52,032 bases of DNA from an uncultured Pseudomonadales bacterium (lineage in GTDB: Bacteria; Pseudomonadota; Gammaproteobacteria; Pseudomonadales; JAUIET01), in NCBI GenBank assembly GCA_964544755.1, contig CAZJDL010000005.1, positions 1 to 52,032 on the forward strand, in the 5' to 3' direction. A program made the translations under genes and the position numbers. Under the pieces are notes generated by a model. That model was not told where the DNA came from, searched no databases, and worked only from the letters and a program-made list of their open reading frames with translations. Shown here piece by piece: positions 29,195-39,545 of this stretch (position 1 is the stretch's first letter; every line of letters starts with the position of its first letter).

Positions 29195-30577
29195 ATGCAG
29201 CCAATCGTCTATCAAAGCTCCATCGAAAGCATCGGCAACACGCCCATGTTGAAGGTCACGCGTATCGACACGGGCCCGTGCGAGTTGTACTTAAAACTCG
29301 AGAACCAGAACCCCGGCGGCTCGATCAAAGATCGCATTGGTAAATCCATGATCGAGGCCGCAATAGCAGACGGCAAACTGACACCGGGCGGCACGCTGAT
29401 CGAGGCGACCGCCGGCAATACCGGTCTCGGCCTCGCGCTGGTCGCGTCACAACTGGGCTACCCGTTGATTCTGGTTATGCCCGACAAAATGGCTCAGGAA
29501 AAAATCTATCATTTGAAAGCGCTGGGCGCCGATGTGCGATTGACCCGTTCCGATGTGGGCAAGGGCCACCCGGAATATTATCAGGATGTTGCCGAACGGC
29601 TGGCGCGCGAAATTCCAAACGCCTTCTACGTTAACCAATTCGACAATCCAGCCAACCCCCTGGCGCACGAAACCAGCACGGGACCCGAGATCTGGGAGCA
29701 AATGGATGGCCGCCTCGACGCCTTGGTCTGTGGCGTTGGTTCAGGCGGTACGTTAACGGGCCTGGGCCGCTTCTTTAAACGCGTTGCTCCTGACCTTGAA
29801 ATGGTACTGGCCGATCCGGAAGGGTCGATTCTCGCAGAATATATTCGCACCGGAGAAATCAGCAAAGAGGTCGGCTCATGGCTGGTAGAAGGCATTGGCG
29901 AAGATTTTATTCCACCAGTCTCCGATTTGTCGTACACCCGGCACGCCTATACGGTCAGCGATGCAGACGCTTTCGCGGCGGCGCGCGAATTACTCAATAA
30001 AGAAGGTATTATCGCAGGCTCTTCTTCAGGCACGTTGCTGGCCGCCGCGCTGCGCTATTGCCGCGAACAAACCGAACCCAGGCGCGTGGCCACGTTTGTG
30101 TGCGACAGCGGCAACAAATACTTGTCGAAACTGTATAACGACTTCTGGATGCACGACCAGGGCTTTATCGAGCGCCAGCAGTTTGGCGATTTGCGCGACG
30201 TGATTTCGCGCCCGCACGACCACCGCGATACGGTGGTTGCGGCACCGGATGACACGCTATTGTCTGTGCTCAATCGCATGAAGCTATACGATATTTCGCA
30301 GCTACCGGTGATGAATAAGGAAGGCGCCGTTATCGGCCTGGTTGATGAGTCCGATATTCTCTATTCGGTGGTCGACAATGCCGCAAGATTTTCTGCCCCC
30401 GTAGAAACAGTAATGACCAAAAAGCTGCAAACGCTCCCCTATGAACGGCCAATAAGCGAGTTGGTGCCGCTGTTCGAGCAAGACATGGTCGCCATCATAA
30501 TGGACGACGACAACTTCCTGGGCCTGATTACCCGCATCGACCTGCTGAACTATCTACGCCGCAAAGTGAACAAGTGA
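29195..30577 (+). CDS. Cystathionine beta-synthase (PLP fold type II plus tandem CBS domains)
   Basis: 460-aa ORF with NQNPGGSIKDRIG (PLP lysine) and SSGT. The C-terminal ~120 aa carries a CBS pair. Confidence 0.85.
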   Translation: MQPIVYQSSIESIGNTPMLKVTRIDTGPCELYLKLENQNPGGSIKDRIGKSMIEAAIADGKLTPGGTLIEATAGNTGLGLALVASQLGYPLILVMPDKMAQEKIYHLKALGADVRLTRSDVGKGHPEYYQDVAERLAREIPNAFYVNQFDNPANPLAHETSTGPEIWEQMDGRLDALVCGVGSGGTLTGLGRFFKRVAPDLEMVLADPEGSILAEYIRTGEISKEVGSWLVEGIGEDFIPPVSDLSYTRHAYTVSDADAFAAARELLNKEGIIAGSSSGTLLAAALRYCREQTEPRRVATFVCDSGNKYLSKLYNDFWMHDQGFIERQQFGDLRDVISRPHDHRDTVVAAPDDTLLSVLNRMKLYDISQLPVMNKEGAVIGLVDESDILYSVVDNAARFSAPVETVMTKKLQTLPYERPISELVPLFEQDMVAIIMDDDNFLGLITRIDLLNYLRRKVNK

Positions 30578-30587
30578 AGATAACACC

Positions 30588-31760
30588 ATGAGTACAAATT
30601 CCAGCAACAAATCCGGTTTCGCCACGCGCGCGATTCACGCCGGCCAGTCGCCCGACCCGTCGACCGGCGCCATCATGCCGCCGATCTACGCCACGTCGAC
30701 CTACGTGCAGCAAAGCCCTGGAGTGCACCAGGGCTACGAGTACAGCCGCTCACAAAACCCGACCCGCATGGCGTACGAACGCTGCATCTCCGATCTTGAG
30801 AGCGGTACGCAGGGCTTCGCTTTCGCCTCCGGCATGGCGGCGCTGGCAACGCTGCTGGACCTGTTCGCGCCGGGTGACCATATCATCGCGATGGACGACC
30901 TCTACGGCGGTTCTTACCGCCTGTTCGAAAACGTGCGGCGTGAGTCGCAGGGCCTGGAGTTTTCCTTTGTAGACCTGTCCGACCTACAACAGTTGAAAGC
31001 GGCAATCACCACAAAAACTCGAATGATATGGGTGGAGAGTCCGACCAACCCCTTGCTCAAACTGAGCGATCTCGAGGCCTTGGCCGGCATCGCAAGCGAA
31101 CACGGCATAATGTGTTGCTGCGACAACACTTTTGCCACCCCCTGGATACAGCGCCCGCTGGAACTGGGTTGCGATATTGTGATGCACTCCGCCACCAAGT
31201 ACCTGAATGGCCACAGCGATATGGTCGGTGGCGTACTGGTTGTCGGCAACAACCCCGAACTAGCGCAACGGCTAAGCTATTTGCAAAACGCAGTTGGTGC
31301 GGTACAAGGCCCGTTCGACAGCTTCCTCGCGCTGCGCGGGCTAAAAACGCTGGCCCTGCGCATGCAGCGCCACTGCGAAAGCGCACAGCAGATAGCCGAC
31401 TACCTTGTGACGCATTCGGCGGTAGAAAAAGTTCATTATCCGGGGCTTGCCAGCCACCCGCAGCACGACTTGGCGCTGCGCCAGATGAAAGCGCCGGGCG
31501 GCATGGTCACCGCCGTATTAAAAGGCGGGCTCGAAGCCGCGACATCTTTCCTGGAACGGGTACAGCTTTTCGCGCTGGCGGAAAGTCTGGGCGGGGTCGA
31601 AAGCCTGATCGAGCACCCCGCGATTATGACGCATGCGTCGGTACCTCCGGCAAACCGTGTTGCGTTGGGTATAGACGACGGTCTGGTGCGGTTATCGGTG
31701 GGTATCGAGGATGTTGATGATTTGACCGCTGATCTGGAGCGGGCATTAAGCCACGGCTGA
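30588..31760 (+). CDS. Cystathionine gamma-lyase (Cys/Met-metabolism PLP enzyme family)
   Basis: 390-aa ORF with YSRSQNPT and HSATKYLNGHSD (PLP lysine). It lies 10 nt downstream of the CBS gene. Lyase versus synthase is inferred from that pairing. Confidence 0.8.
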   Translation: MSTNSSNKSGFATRAIHAGQSPDPSTGAIMPPIYATSTYVQQSPGVHQGYEYSRSQNPTRMAYERCISDLESGTQGFAFASGMAALATLLDLFAPGDHIIAMDDLYGGSYRLFENVRRESQGLEFSFVDLSDLQQLKAAITTKTRMIWVESPTNPLLKLSDLEALAGIASEHGIMCCCDNTFATPWIQRPLELGCDIVMHSATKYLNGHSDMVGGVLVVGNNPELAQRLSYLQNAVGAVQGPFDSFLALRGLKTLALRMQRHCESAQQIADYLVTHSAVEKVHYPGLASHPQHDLALRQMKAPGGMVTAVLKGGLEAATSFLERVQLFALAESLGGVESLIEHPAIMTHASVPPANRVALGIDDGLVRLSVGIEDVDDLTADLERALSHG

Positions 31761-31762
31761 CT

Positions 31763-31785
31763 AAAAAAGGCGCTTACCTAAGCGC
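31763..31785 (-). terminator. Rho-independent terminator of the purU unit (hairpin shared by the convergent gamma-lyase gene)
   Basis: The minus strand reads GCGCTT-AGGT-AAGCGC followed by CTTTTTT. On the plus strand there is no T-run after the same hairpin. Confidence 0.55.
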
Positions 31786-31827
31786 GTGACTAATTCTTCG
31801 ACATCGCCGGCACACGAGAGGTTGGGA

Positions 31828-31965
31828 TTATTTTTCCGTAAATTCACGCAACAGTGCGGCCAGCAGCTGTTCCGACAGGGCGTTAAGTTGTTCGGGCCGA
31901 TTCAATGTCAACCATGCAACGCCTTCTTCGTCGTTGCGTAGCAGAACAGGTTCATCGTTCATCAT
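31828..31965 (-). pseudogene. 45-codon N-terminal stub of an enoyl-CoA hydratase/isomerase
   Basis: MMNDEPVLLRNDEEGVAWLTLNRPEQLNALSEQLLAALLREFTEK is a crotonase N-terminus that stops before the oxyanion-hole region. The longer 103-aa ORF upstream overlaps purU. Confidence 0.55.
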
Positions 31966-31996
31966 CGTAAACCCTCGCAAGAAATTCGTTTCTCGT

Positions 31997-32866
31997 TTAG
32001 CTACCCATAAATACGACAGTCTTATTGCCATCAAGAAACACGCGACGCTCAATATGGTACTGCACTGCCTTCGATAAAGCCTTGCTTTCATTGTCGCGCC
32101 CGACGCGCACCAGATGATCGGGCGTAAAACCATGGTCAACCCGCGTTAGTACTTGTTCGATAATCGGCCCCTCATCAAGATCCGCGGTAACATAGTGCGA
32201 GGTTGCACCGATCACCTTCACGCCTCGCTCGAACGCCTGATGGTAGGGTTTGGCGCCCTTAAACCCCGGTAAGAAGGAGTGATGTATATTGATGCAACGA
32301 CCCGATAATTGCGACGTCAAATTGTCGGAAAGAATTTGCATGTAGCGCGCCAGCACGACCAGCTCGGTATCGGTCTCGTTAATGATTTCAAGCAGCTGCT
32401 GTTCTTGTTGGGGCTTGTTATCCTTGCTTATCGGCAAGTGGATAAAACGAATACCCTCGCGCTCGGCCATGGAGCGCAGGTCGCGATGATTTGATACGAC
32501 AGCGGTGACTTCCATCGGTATTTCGCCTTTGTTGCGCCGGTACAGCAGATCGGCAAGGCAGTGGTCAAATTTCGACACCATGATCAGCACTTTGGTTGGC
32601 ACGTCTGGATCACGAATCCGCCAGCGCATATCAAACTTGCCGGCGACAGCGGCAAAGGTTGTGCGTATTTCGTCTACAACAGGTGATTTTTCCTGGCGCC
32701 GAAATACCGCGCGCATAAAAAACTTGTTGGTCGATTCATCATCGAATTGTTCAAGCGCGCAAATGTAGCAGTCGCGCTCGGCTAGAAACGTCGTCACGGC
32801 AGCAACCACACCGGCACGCGCCAGGCAGCTTGCAGTAAGAATGTATCGACTATTTTCGTTGGGCAT
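31997..32866 (-). CDS. purU: Formyltetrahydrofolate deformylase
   Basis: 289-aa ORF with an N-terminal ACT domain (ILTASCLARAGVVAAVTTFLAE) and a formyltransferase core (INIHHSFLPGFKGAKPYHQA). Confidence 0.9.
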   Translation of the reverse strand: MPNENSRYILTASCLARAGVVAAVTTFLAERDCYICALEQFDDESTNKFFMRAVFRRQEKSPVVDEIRTTFAAVAGKFDMRWRIRDPDVPTKVLIMVSKFDHCLADLLYRRNKGEIPMEVTAVVSNHRDLRSMAEREGIRFIHLPISKDNKPQQEQQLLEIINETDTELVVLARYMQILSDNLTSQLSGRCINIHHSFLPGFKGAKPYHQAFERGVKVIGATSHYVTADLDEGPIIEQVLTRVDHGFTPDHLVRVGRDNESKALSKAVQYHIERRVFLDGNKTVVFMGS

Positions 32867-33244
32867 AGCGGTTATCTCAAATGCCTGACCTAAGGAAACC
32901 GCATTATGTAGGGCATGATCTCTCCTGCCAAGCGCAACGTATCAATGCCTTTTAAGTCCCCCACCGCTGATGTTTCCAGGCAAATTGGAAGCGGCTTGAA
33001 TCAAACCGACACGCTGGTTTATGGTTGAATAGTAGTATGCGTCGAACGTATCGTAACCATCCGCACTCATTCGCGCATTACCGATTTTGAGATTAGAATA
33101 GCTCGGCATGACCAGCGACCTTTTTTATGGCCGAGGCGTACAATTACGCCCGCCAGATTCGCCCCGCAGACGGCCCGGACATGCACATATGATGTGCGCC
33201 AGGAAAACTGATCGCGCAACAACACGCAAAATAGGCGGGCCACT

Positions 33245-34483
33245 ATGCACAGCACAATGGCAAGATGCTCACCGGCAGAGGTGGGCTTGTGCCCTGCTCG
33301 TCTGCAGCGCGTGGCGCAACATATCGATCAGCGCTACCTCGTACCGGGGCGCTTCGCAGGTGCGCTAACGCTGGTCGCAAGGCGCGGACGTATCGCTTAC
33401 CTGAATTGTCAAGGCATGGCCGATGTCGAGCGGCAAAAAGCCGTGCAGGAAGACACCCTATTCCGCATCTACTCCATGACCAAACCGATTACGTCGGTCG
33501 GCCTTATGATGCTTTACGAGGCCGGCCACTTCCAGCTGGCAGACCCGGTGCATCGCTATATTCCGGAATTCCGCAAACTGCAGGTTTATGCGTCCGGTGT
33601 GTACCCCCATTTTATCACCACGCCGACTGCCCGTCCGATGCGAATCATCGACCTGCTGACCCATACCTCGGGGCTGACGTACGGGTTTATGAAGCGCACC
33701 AACGTTGATGCGGCCTACCGTGAACTGAAGCTGGATGGGGACGCACCAGCAGGCTTTACAACCCGCCGGCTAGTACAACAACTGGAGCAACTGCCGCTGG
33801 AGTTTTCGCCGGGAGAGGCCTGGAATTACTCGGTCTCCACCGACGTACTCGGTTACCTGATCGAATTTTTCAGTGGTCAGTCTCTGGCGGATTATTTCCA
33901 GCAACGAATCTTTGCGCCGCTACGCATGAATGACACTGGCTTTCACGTAAGCGCAGAAAACCAACAGCGCTTTGCCGCCTGCTATGAGTATTCCCGGCCA
34001 GGCAGTTTTCGCCTTCAGGACGACCCGGCCACCAGCAAGTATCTCTCAGCGCCGACTTATTTCTCCGCTGGCGGCGGACTGGTTTCCAGCGCGGCTGACT
34101 ACCTTCGGTTTGCCCAAATGTTCCTTAACGGCGGCGAGCTGGACGGCGTGCGCCTGCTGGGCCCACGCACTGTGGCCTTTATGAGCCGCAATCATTTGCC
34201 AGGCGGGAAGGACCTGCCCGCGCTAACCACTGGCTCCTTCAGCGAGGTACCGTTCGAAGGCATCGGCTTTGGCCTGGGAGTTGCGGTGCGCAACAACTCT
34301 GTGAGCTCGGGCGTGCTCAGCTCCGAAGGCGAGCTGTCATGGGGTGGCCTGGCTTCCACCCACTTCTGGATCGATCCACGTGAGGACCTGATTGCTATAT
34401 TCCTGACTCAGTTGATTCCTTCGAGCACCTATAACATACGCAATGAGCTGCGCACCCTGGTCTACAGCGCGCTGGTCGATTAG
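33245..34483 (+). CDS. Serine hydrolase, beta-lactamase/transpeptidase-like (class C-type fold)
   Basis: 412-aa ORF with the SxxK motif in [10 protein letters not shown] and a YSxS-type motif (NYSVSTD). Confidence 0.8.
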   Translation: MHSTMARCSPAEVGLCPARLQRVAQHIDQRYLVPGRFAGALTLVARRGRIAYLNCQGMADVERQKAVQEDTLFRIYSMTKPITSVGLMMLYEAGHFQLADPVHRYIPEFRKLQVYASGVYPHFITTPTARPMRIIDLLTHTSGLTYGFMKRTNVDAAYRELKLDGDAPAGFTTRRLVQQLEQLPLEFSPGEAWNYSVSTDVLGYLIEFFSGQSLADYFQQRIFAPLRMNDTGFHVSAENQQRFAACYEYSRPGSFRLQDDPATSKYLSAPTYFSAGGGLVSSAADYLRFAQMFLNGGELDGVRLLGPRTVAFMSRNHLPGGKDLPALTTGSFSEVPFEGIGFGLGVAVRNNSVSSGVLSSEGELSWGGLASTHFWIDPREDLIAIFLTQLIPSSTYNIRNELRTLVYSALVD

Positions 34484-34743
34484 GGCCTGCCAGGGCTGCA
34501 CATCACTTTCGATAGTCGTGCCGAAGGCAAAATACCTTCATTCCCCGTAGCTGTGACCGCTTGAGCAGAACTGTTCTGCTATTGACGGTCTAAATGTCAA
34601 ATCTTGATGTGTTTCTTCATATTAAATAGGAGTGCATTTTCTCACAGGTGATTGCAATTTTACGTGACAAGCCCGACACCGCAACTTATGCTTAGCGGTT
34701 ATTATTCCTTGCCAGCCTTTCTCTTTATCGTGACCGATTAACT

Positions 34744-35397
34744 ATGAGTCATATCACCAAAGACCTTGCCGATTTGCGCCGCGAATACAGCACGCAGGCG
34801 CTGCATAGAAGTGCTCTCGATACGGATCCTTTCCGGCAATTTAACCGCTGGTTTGAAGAGGCGCTCACCTCGGAATCCATGGATCCCAACGCCATGAGTC
34901 TTGCTACCGTAGCGACAGATGGGCAGCCTTCGTTGCGCACGGTACTACTTAAGTATTTCGATGATGCCGGCTTTGTCTTTTACACCAATCTTGATAGCCA
35001 CAAGGCACAGGAGATCAAGGCTAATCCTCGGGTGGCACTGTTATTTTACTGGCATGAGGTACATCGCCAGGTCAAAATTGTCGGCGCAGCGGAGCGAGTG
35101 ACCGCCAGGGAGAATATGCAGTATTTCAGTCGCCGGCCGAAAGACAGCCAACTCGCGGCCTGGGTATCGGCACAAAGCCGGGTTATCTCGGCGCGATCAG
35201 TGCTGGAAAACAAATTTGCAGAAATGAAAATAAAATTTAAAAACGGAGAGGTTCCCCTGCCTTCCTTTTGGGGCGGCTACCGGGTTGTGCCGAGCAGCCT
35301 TGAATTCTGGCAAGGGCGCCTCAACCGGCTGCATGATCGCTTCATTTATAAGCGCAGTTCTTCCGCTACATGGACTATCGAGCGCCTCGCGCCTTGA
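34744..35397 (+). CDS. pdxH: Pyridoxamine 5'-phosphate oxidase
   Basis: 217-aa ORF with DPFRQFNRWFEEA, LRTVLLK and the canonical C-terminus FWQGRLNRLHDRFIY...W.IERLAP. Confidence 0.92.
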   Translation: MSHITKDLADLRREYSTQALHRSALDTDPFRQFNRWFEEALTSESMDPNAMSLATVATDGQPSLRTVLLKYFDDAGFVFYTNLDSHKAQEIKANPRVALLFYWHEVHRQVKIVGAAERVTARENMQYFSRRPKDSQLAAWVSAQSRVISARSVLENKFAEMKIKFKNGEVPLPSFWGGYRVVPSSLEFWQGRLNRLHDRFIYKRSSSATWTIERLAP

Positions 35398-35429
35398 GGT
35401 CAAGCATGGTAACGAGAGCTGCCGGCTTG

Positions 35430-35666
35430 CTATGTGACTTTTTCTTCCCGGGTTTGTAGCACGCGGCGGAATCCCGGTAGTTTAATGATCGAAGCCGTCC
35501 AGTACGGTATCCACGCGCTGTCATTCTCGTCGTTTTCAAGCCGAAACCCATCGCGGTCATCGTGAACGACCCAACGATTGCCGAAATCGTCTTGAAATAC
35601 ATCGCCCGGCTGTGCGTTTTGTTGTTCCAATATTTGTTCGATACATCCCTCAAGCTTATTTGTCAT
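35430..35666 (-). CDS. Hypothetical small acidic protein
   Basis: 78-aa ORF with GGGAG 8 nt upstream of the ATG. No family was recognised. A competing 92-aa ORF in another frame looks less protein-like. Confidence 0.3.
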   Translation of the reverse strand: MTNKLEGCIEQILEQQNAQPGDVFQDDFGNRWVVHDDRDGFRLENDENDSAWIPYWTASIIKLPGFRRVLQTREEKVT

Positions 35667-35756
35667 GACCTCGACTCCCGAATATATGGTTGGTTAGGCT
35701 CACACCCATCAATGTTCGACAAGCTGAACGAAAAAAGTTAGCGGAATATGACAGAA

Positions 35757-36467
35757 TCAGGCAAACACCTCGTCCAGAAAATGATAGGCGGCTTGCCATG
35801 AGCGTCTGTCCGCGTTGCCATCATACACAGTACCCATATCCGGATTGTTCGCCTCCGGATTAGTAAACGCATGTTTGACGTTGCCGTAGGCGTGCACTTG
35901 CCAGTCGGCGCCCGCCTCAGTCATTTCGCGGCAGAACTCGCTGAGCTGTTCCGGCGGCGCCATCGGATCGTCGTAGCCGTGCAGCGTCAACACTTTGCAT
36001 TTAATCTTCTGCTTTGCCAAACCGGCCGGCATCAGCAAACCATGAAACGAAATAACCCCGCGAACATCAGCGCCGCTACGCGCCAGGTCGAGCGCACACA
36101 AGCCACCAAAGCAAAACCCGATCACCGCGATACGGTCAGCATCAACAACGCTCTGATCGGCCAGCGTTAACAGACCGGCTAACATGCGATCGCGCAACAG
36201 CGCCCTGTCTTCGACAAAGGGTTGCATCAATTTCTGGTTTTCTTCCGGCCCTGATCCTAAAACACCTTTGCCAAACATATCCAACGCGAACGCTGCATAA
36301 CCGCGACCGGCCAACTGTCGCGCTTTGTCAATCACAAAATCGCCGCGACCAGCCCATGCGTGACATATAAGAACTCCTGGCCGCTTGCCATCGCCGGCGT
36401 CGTCGTAGGCGAAAAAGCCTTCCAGCGTAGTGCGTTTATGTGAGTACTCGATGTTTTCTGTCTGCAT
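35757..36467 (-). CDS. Dienelactone hydrolase-family protein
   Basis: 236-aa ORF with GFCFGG (nucleophile Cys) and a C-terminal HAF motif. Confidence 0.85.
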   Translation of the reverse strand: MQTENIEYSHKRTTLEGFFAYDDAGDGKRPGVLICHAWAGRGDFVIDKARQLAGRGYAAFALDMFGKGVLGSGPEENQKLMQPFVEDRALLRDRMLAGLLTLADQSVVDADRIAVIGFCFGGLCALDLARSGADVRGVISFHGLLMPAGLAKQKIKCKVLTLHGYDDPMAPPEQLSEFCREMTEAGADWQVHAYGNVKHAFTNPEANNPDMGTVYDGNADRRSWQAAYHFLDEVFA

Positions 36468-36653
36468 TTTTCTCTCCTGTGCAATGGCGTGTATTTAGAC
36501 CTGGAAACATATTAAGCGCCTGCAACCGCGATAACAACAAGGCTAACCGGTGGCTCGAAGCAATGACGCTTGCTATCGGCCTACCGTTCGTGAATAGGGT
36601 ACACTTCTTGTTCATGCGTTGTCGGCGCCCGCCTGTTGGCTACGGAGGTCAAA

Positions 36654-38330
36654 ATGTGCCATTACCCCATTGCAGAAAAATCGACTGCCAATACCCATGT
36701 GGTCGAAAATCAACCCCCCTATTTGCAAAACTACAATATGTTCAGCGCCGATACAGCTCTTGCTGAAGCGGTAAAACGCGAGGGAGCGGTCGGGGCTGAA
36801 GCCACACTTGGCGAATTTGGTCGCCTGTGTGGATCGACTGAACGTATTCATTGGGGAATTCAGGCCAACGCGAACAAACCTCGCCTGCACACCCACGATC
36901 GCTACGGCAACCGTATTGATGAGGTGGAGTTTCACCCGGCCTACCATCAGCTTATGTCGGCGGCCATTGTCAACGGCATGCACGCACTGCCCTGGATCCG
37001 GCCCGGTGAGGGGGGCAATGTCACCAGAGCCGCGTTGTTCTATTTGCAAACCCAGGTTGAGGCAGGCCATCTCTGCCCTATTACGATGACCTTCGCCTGT
37101 ATTCCTACATTAAAAAAACAGGCCAATCTGGCGGAGCAGTGGATTCCTAAAATAACCAGTCGTCACTATGACCCTCGAAACGTCCCTCATACTGAAAAAT
37201 ATGGCCTCACGATCGGCATGGCGATGACCGAAAAACAAGGCGGCAGTGATGTGCGTAAAATTTCGACGCACGCCTATCCCATTGGCGCTGTCGGCCCGGG
37301 TGAAGCCTACGAACTGCTGGGACATAAGTTTTTTGTCTCCGCGCCGATGTGTGATGCCTTTTTAATGCTGGCGCAAGCCGCAGGCGGTATTAGTTGCTTC
37401 CTGGTCCCGCGCTGGCGCCCCGATGGCAGCAAGAACCCAATACAGATTAACCAGTTGAAAGACAAGATGGGTAACGCTTCCAACGCTTCGTGCGAAACCG
37501 ATCTGCGCGGCGCCTATGGCTGGCTCGTTGGTGACGAGGGGCGGGGTATAGCCAATATCCTGGAGATGGTTGCACTGACCCGATTCGATTGCATGGTGGG
37601 GTCTTCCGCCGGTATGCGTCAAGCGGTATCACAGGTAACCCACCACTGTCATTATCGCTCTGCTTTCGGCGCCAAGCTGGAAAACCAGCCTATGATGCAA
37701 AACGTACTGGCGGATCTCGCCTTGGAGGCTGAAGCCGCAATGATTATGTGCATGCGCTCTGCCCACGCTCTGGACAATGCCGGTAACAATGCCGGTGAAG
37801 CATTGCTGATTCGCATCGGCACCGCGGTTGGCAAATACTGGATATGCAAGCGCACACCGGCACACGCCTATGAGGCGATGGAGTGTATTGGTGGCGGCGC
37901 GCTAATGGAAAACTCATTGATGCCGCGCCTGTATCGCGAGGCGCCGGTGAATTCCATTTGGGAAGGAAGCAGTAATGTACAGTGCCTGGATGTGTTGCGT
38001 GCCATGCAGAAAGAACCCGATTCGTTGGAGGTTTTTCTGGCCGAGATAGCCGCTGCCAAAGGCCAAAACAAACTGCTGGACCGCTGCCTGGTAAAAATAC
38101 AGGCAACGTTTAGCCATCGTTCTGAACTGGAATATCAAGCCCGTAGCATCGTCGAAAAAATGGCGCTCGCCATGCAGGCCACCCTGCTGATTCAAGCCGG
38201 CAATAGCTCGGTGAGTGATGCCTTTTGTGCCGCCAGACTGGGAGAGGAAAGCGGCCATGTTTACGGCATGTTGCCTAAGGGGATTGATTGCAAGGCGTTG
38301 ATTGATAGAGCGCGTCCAATAATCGCTTAA
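36654..38330 (+). CDS. aidB: AidB-like acyl-CoA dehydrogenase-family protein
   Basis: It aligns throughout with E. coli AidB as I recall it (QVEAGHLCPITMTFA, MTEKQGGSDV, KDKMGNASNASCE, PRLYREAPVNSIWEGSSNVQCLDVLR). The start is set at the ATG at 36654, 5 nt after GGAGG, rather than the TTG at 36636. Confidence 0.82.
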   Translation: MCHYPIAEKSTANTHVVENQPPYLQNYNMFSADTALAEAVKREGAVGAEATLGEFGRLCGSTERIHWGIQANANKPRLHTHDRYGNRIDEVEFHPAYHQLMSAAIVNGMHALPWIRPGEGGNVTRAALFYLQTQVEAGHLCPITMTFACIPTLKKQANLAEQWIPKITSRHYDPRNVPHTEKYGLTIGMAMTEKQGGSDVRKISTHAYPIGAVGPGEAYELLGHKFFVSAPMCDAFLMLAQAAGGISCFLVPRWRPDGSKNPIQINQLKDKMGNASNASCETDLRGAYGWLVGDEGRGIANILEMVALTRFDCMVGSSAGMRQAVSQVTHHCHYRSAFGAKLENQPMMQNVLADLALEAEAAMIMCMRSAHALDNAGNNAGEALLIRIGTAVGKYWICKRTPAHAYEAMECIGGGALMENSLMPRLYREAPVNSIWEGSSNVQCLDVLRAMQKEPDSLEVFLAEIAAAKGQNKLLDRCLVKIQATFSHRSELEYQARSIVEKMALAMQATLLIQAGNSSVSDAFCAARLGEESGHVYGMLPKGIDCKALIDRARPIIA

Positions 38331-38339
38331 CCGGCGCCA

Positions 38340-39545
38340 TCAGTTTGGCAGCTCGAGATCGCAAAGCTGTGCACGATTGTCCGCCGCTGAATAAAGATGG
38401 TCTCTGGTGATCGGCACTACATGATGTTGACGCGCTAACTGTAATTGAAATACCACCAGGTCGGAACACTCGAATGAAACTTCGCATATGGCCAGATAAA
38501 ATTCCCACATACGGCAGAACTCTTCTCCCAGTTGTTTGCTGATTTCATTGCGATGCAATTGAAAGCGATCGAACCAGGCCCTGAGTGTTTTAGCGTAGTG
38601 CAAACGCAGCACTTCAATATCGGTTAGCATGAGCTGCGACTTTTCAGCAGCCAACGCCATTTCCGATAGCGAAGGAATGTGGCCGCCGGGGAATATGTGT
38701 TTGATGATCCACGGGTTGACTACGCCGGGTGGACCGCTACACCCTATCGAATGAACCAATGCTACGCCATCTTCGACTAACAGTTTCGTTATGCTTTGAA
38801 AGAATACGGAATAAAATGGCGCGCCGACGTGTTCGAACATTCCCACACTGACAATGCGATCATAGCGGCCCCTATGTTGGCGATAGTCCTGTAACTCGAA
38901 GCTCACATTGCTTAGCCCAAGTAATTGCGCGCGTTGCCTGGCGGCCGCCAACTGCCTCTTCGATAAGGTAATACCAACGACTTCAACGTCAAAAGTCTGC
39001 GCCAGATAGCACGCCAGGCTACCCCAGCCACAGCCAATATCAAGCACACGCTGGCCTGGCCGTAGCAGCATTTTTTTCGCAATATGGAGACACTTTGCCG
39101 CCTGCGCCTGCTCCAGTGTGTCATCTGCACTGCGGAAATAGGCGCAGGAATAGTGCATGTCCTTGTCCAGAAAGAGGCAGAAAAATTCGTCTCCCAGATC
39201 ATAATGACGCGCCACGTTGCGATAACTACGAGAAATTCTGTTCCATTGTCGTAGAAATTTAACCAGCGGTTGGAGCCATCTATTTACGTTGTAGGTGGCG
39301 AAATTGGCGCGCAAGATATAGAGCAGGTCGCGTAACTGACCGTCTGCGACATCCCAGCCCCCATGCATGTAGGTTTGCCCCAGTTCCCACTCCCAATCCC
39401 TGGCAATCCGTTGGATGACGTTCTCACTTCTGATATTCCAGTGGGCTTCGCACCCATGATCACCAAACTGATACACCTTACCGTTCGGCAAATGCAAATG
39501 GATAATGCCGTTTCTAACATTTTTCCTTAACAAATCCAGATACAT
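38340..39545 (-). CDS. cfa: Cyclopropane-fatty-acyl-phospholipid synthase-family SAM methyltransferase
   Basis: 401-aa ORF with VLDIGCGWGSLA, IVSVGMFEHVG and WEFYLAICEVSF. Confidence 0.8.
   Translation of the reverse strand: MYLDLLRKNVRNGIIHLHLPNGKVYQFGDHGCEAHWNIRSENVIQRIARDWEWELGQTYMHGGWDVADGQLRDLLYILRANFATYNVNRWLQPLVKFLRQWNRISRSYRNVARHYDLGDEFFCLFLDKDMHYSCAYFRSADDTLEQAQAAKCLHIAKKMLLRPGQRVLDIGCGWGSLACYLAQTFDVEVVGITLSKRQLAAARQRAQLLGLSNVSFELQDYRQHRGRYDRIVSVGMFEHVGAPFYSVFFQSITKLLVEDGVALVHSIGCSGPPGVVNPWIIKHIFPGGHIPSLSEMALAAEKSQLMLTDIEVLRLHYAKTLRAWFDRFQLHRNEISKQLGEEFCRMWEFYLAICEVSFECSDLVVFQLQLARQHHVVPITRDHLYSAADNRAQLCDLELPN

Noticed and set aside
32867-33060. Looked for a ZTP (pfl) riboswitch in the purU leader.
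   Set aside because: The conserved GGGUCGUG...CCGCCUGGGC-type elements are absent. GCCGCUUCCAAUUUGCCUGG is only a superficial resemblance.
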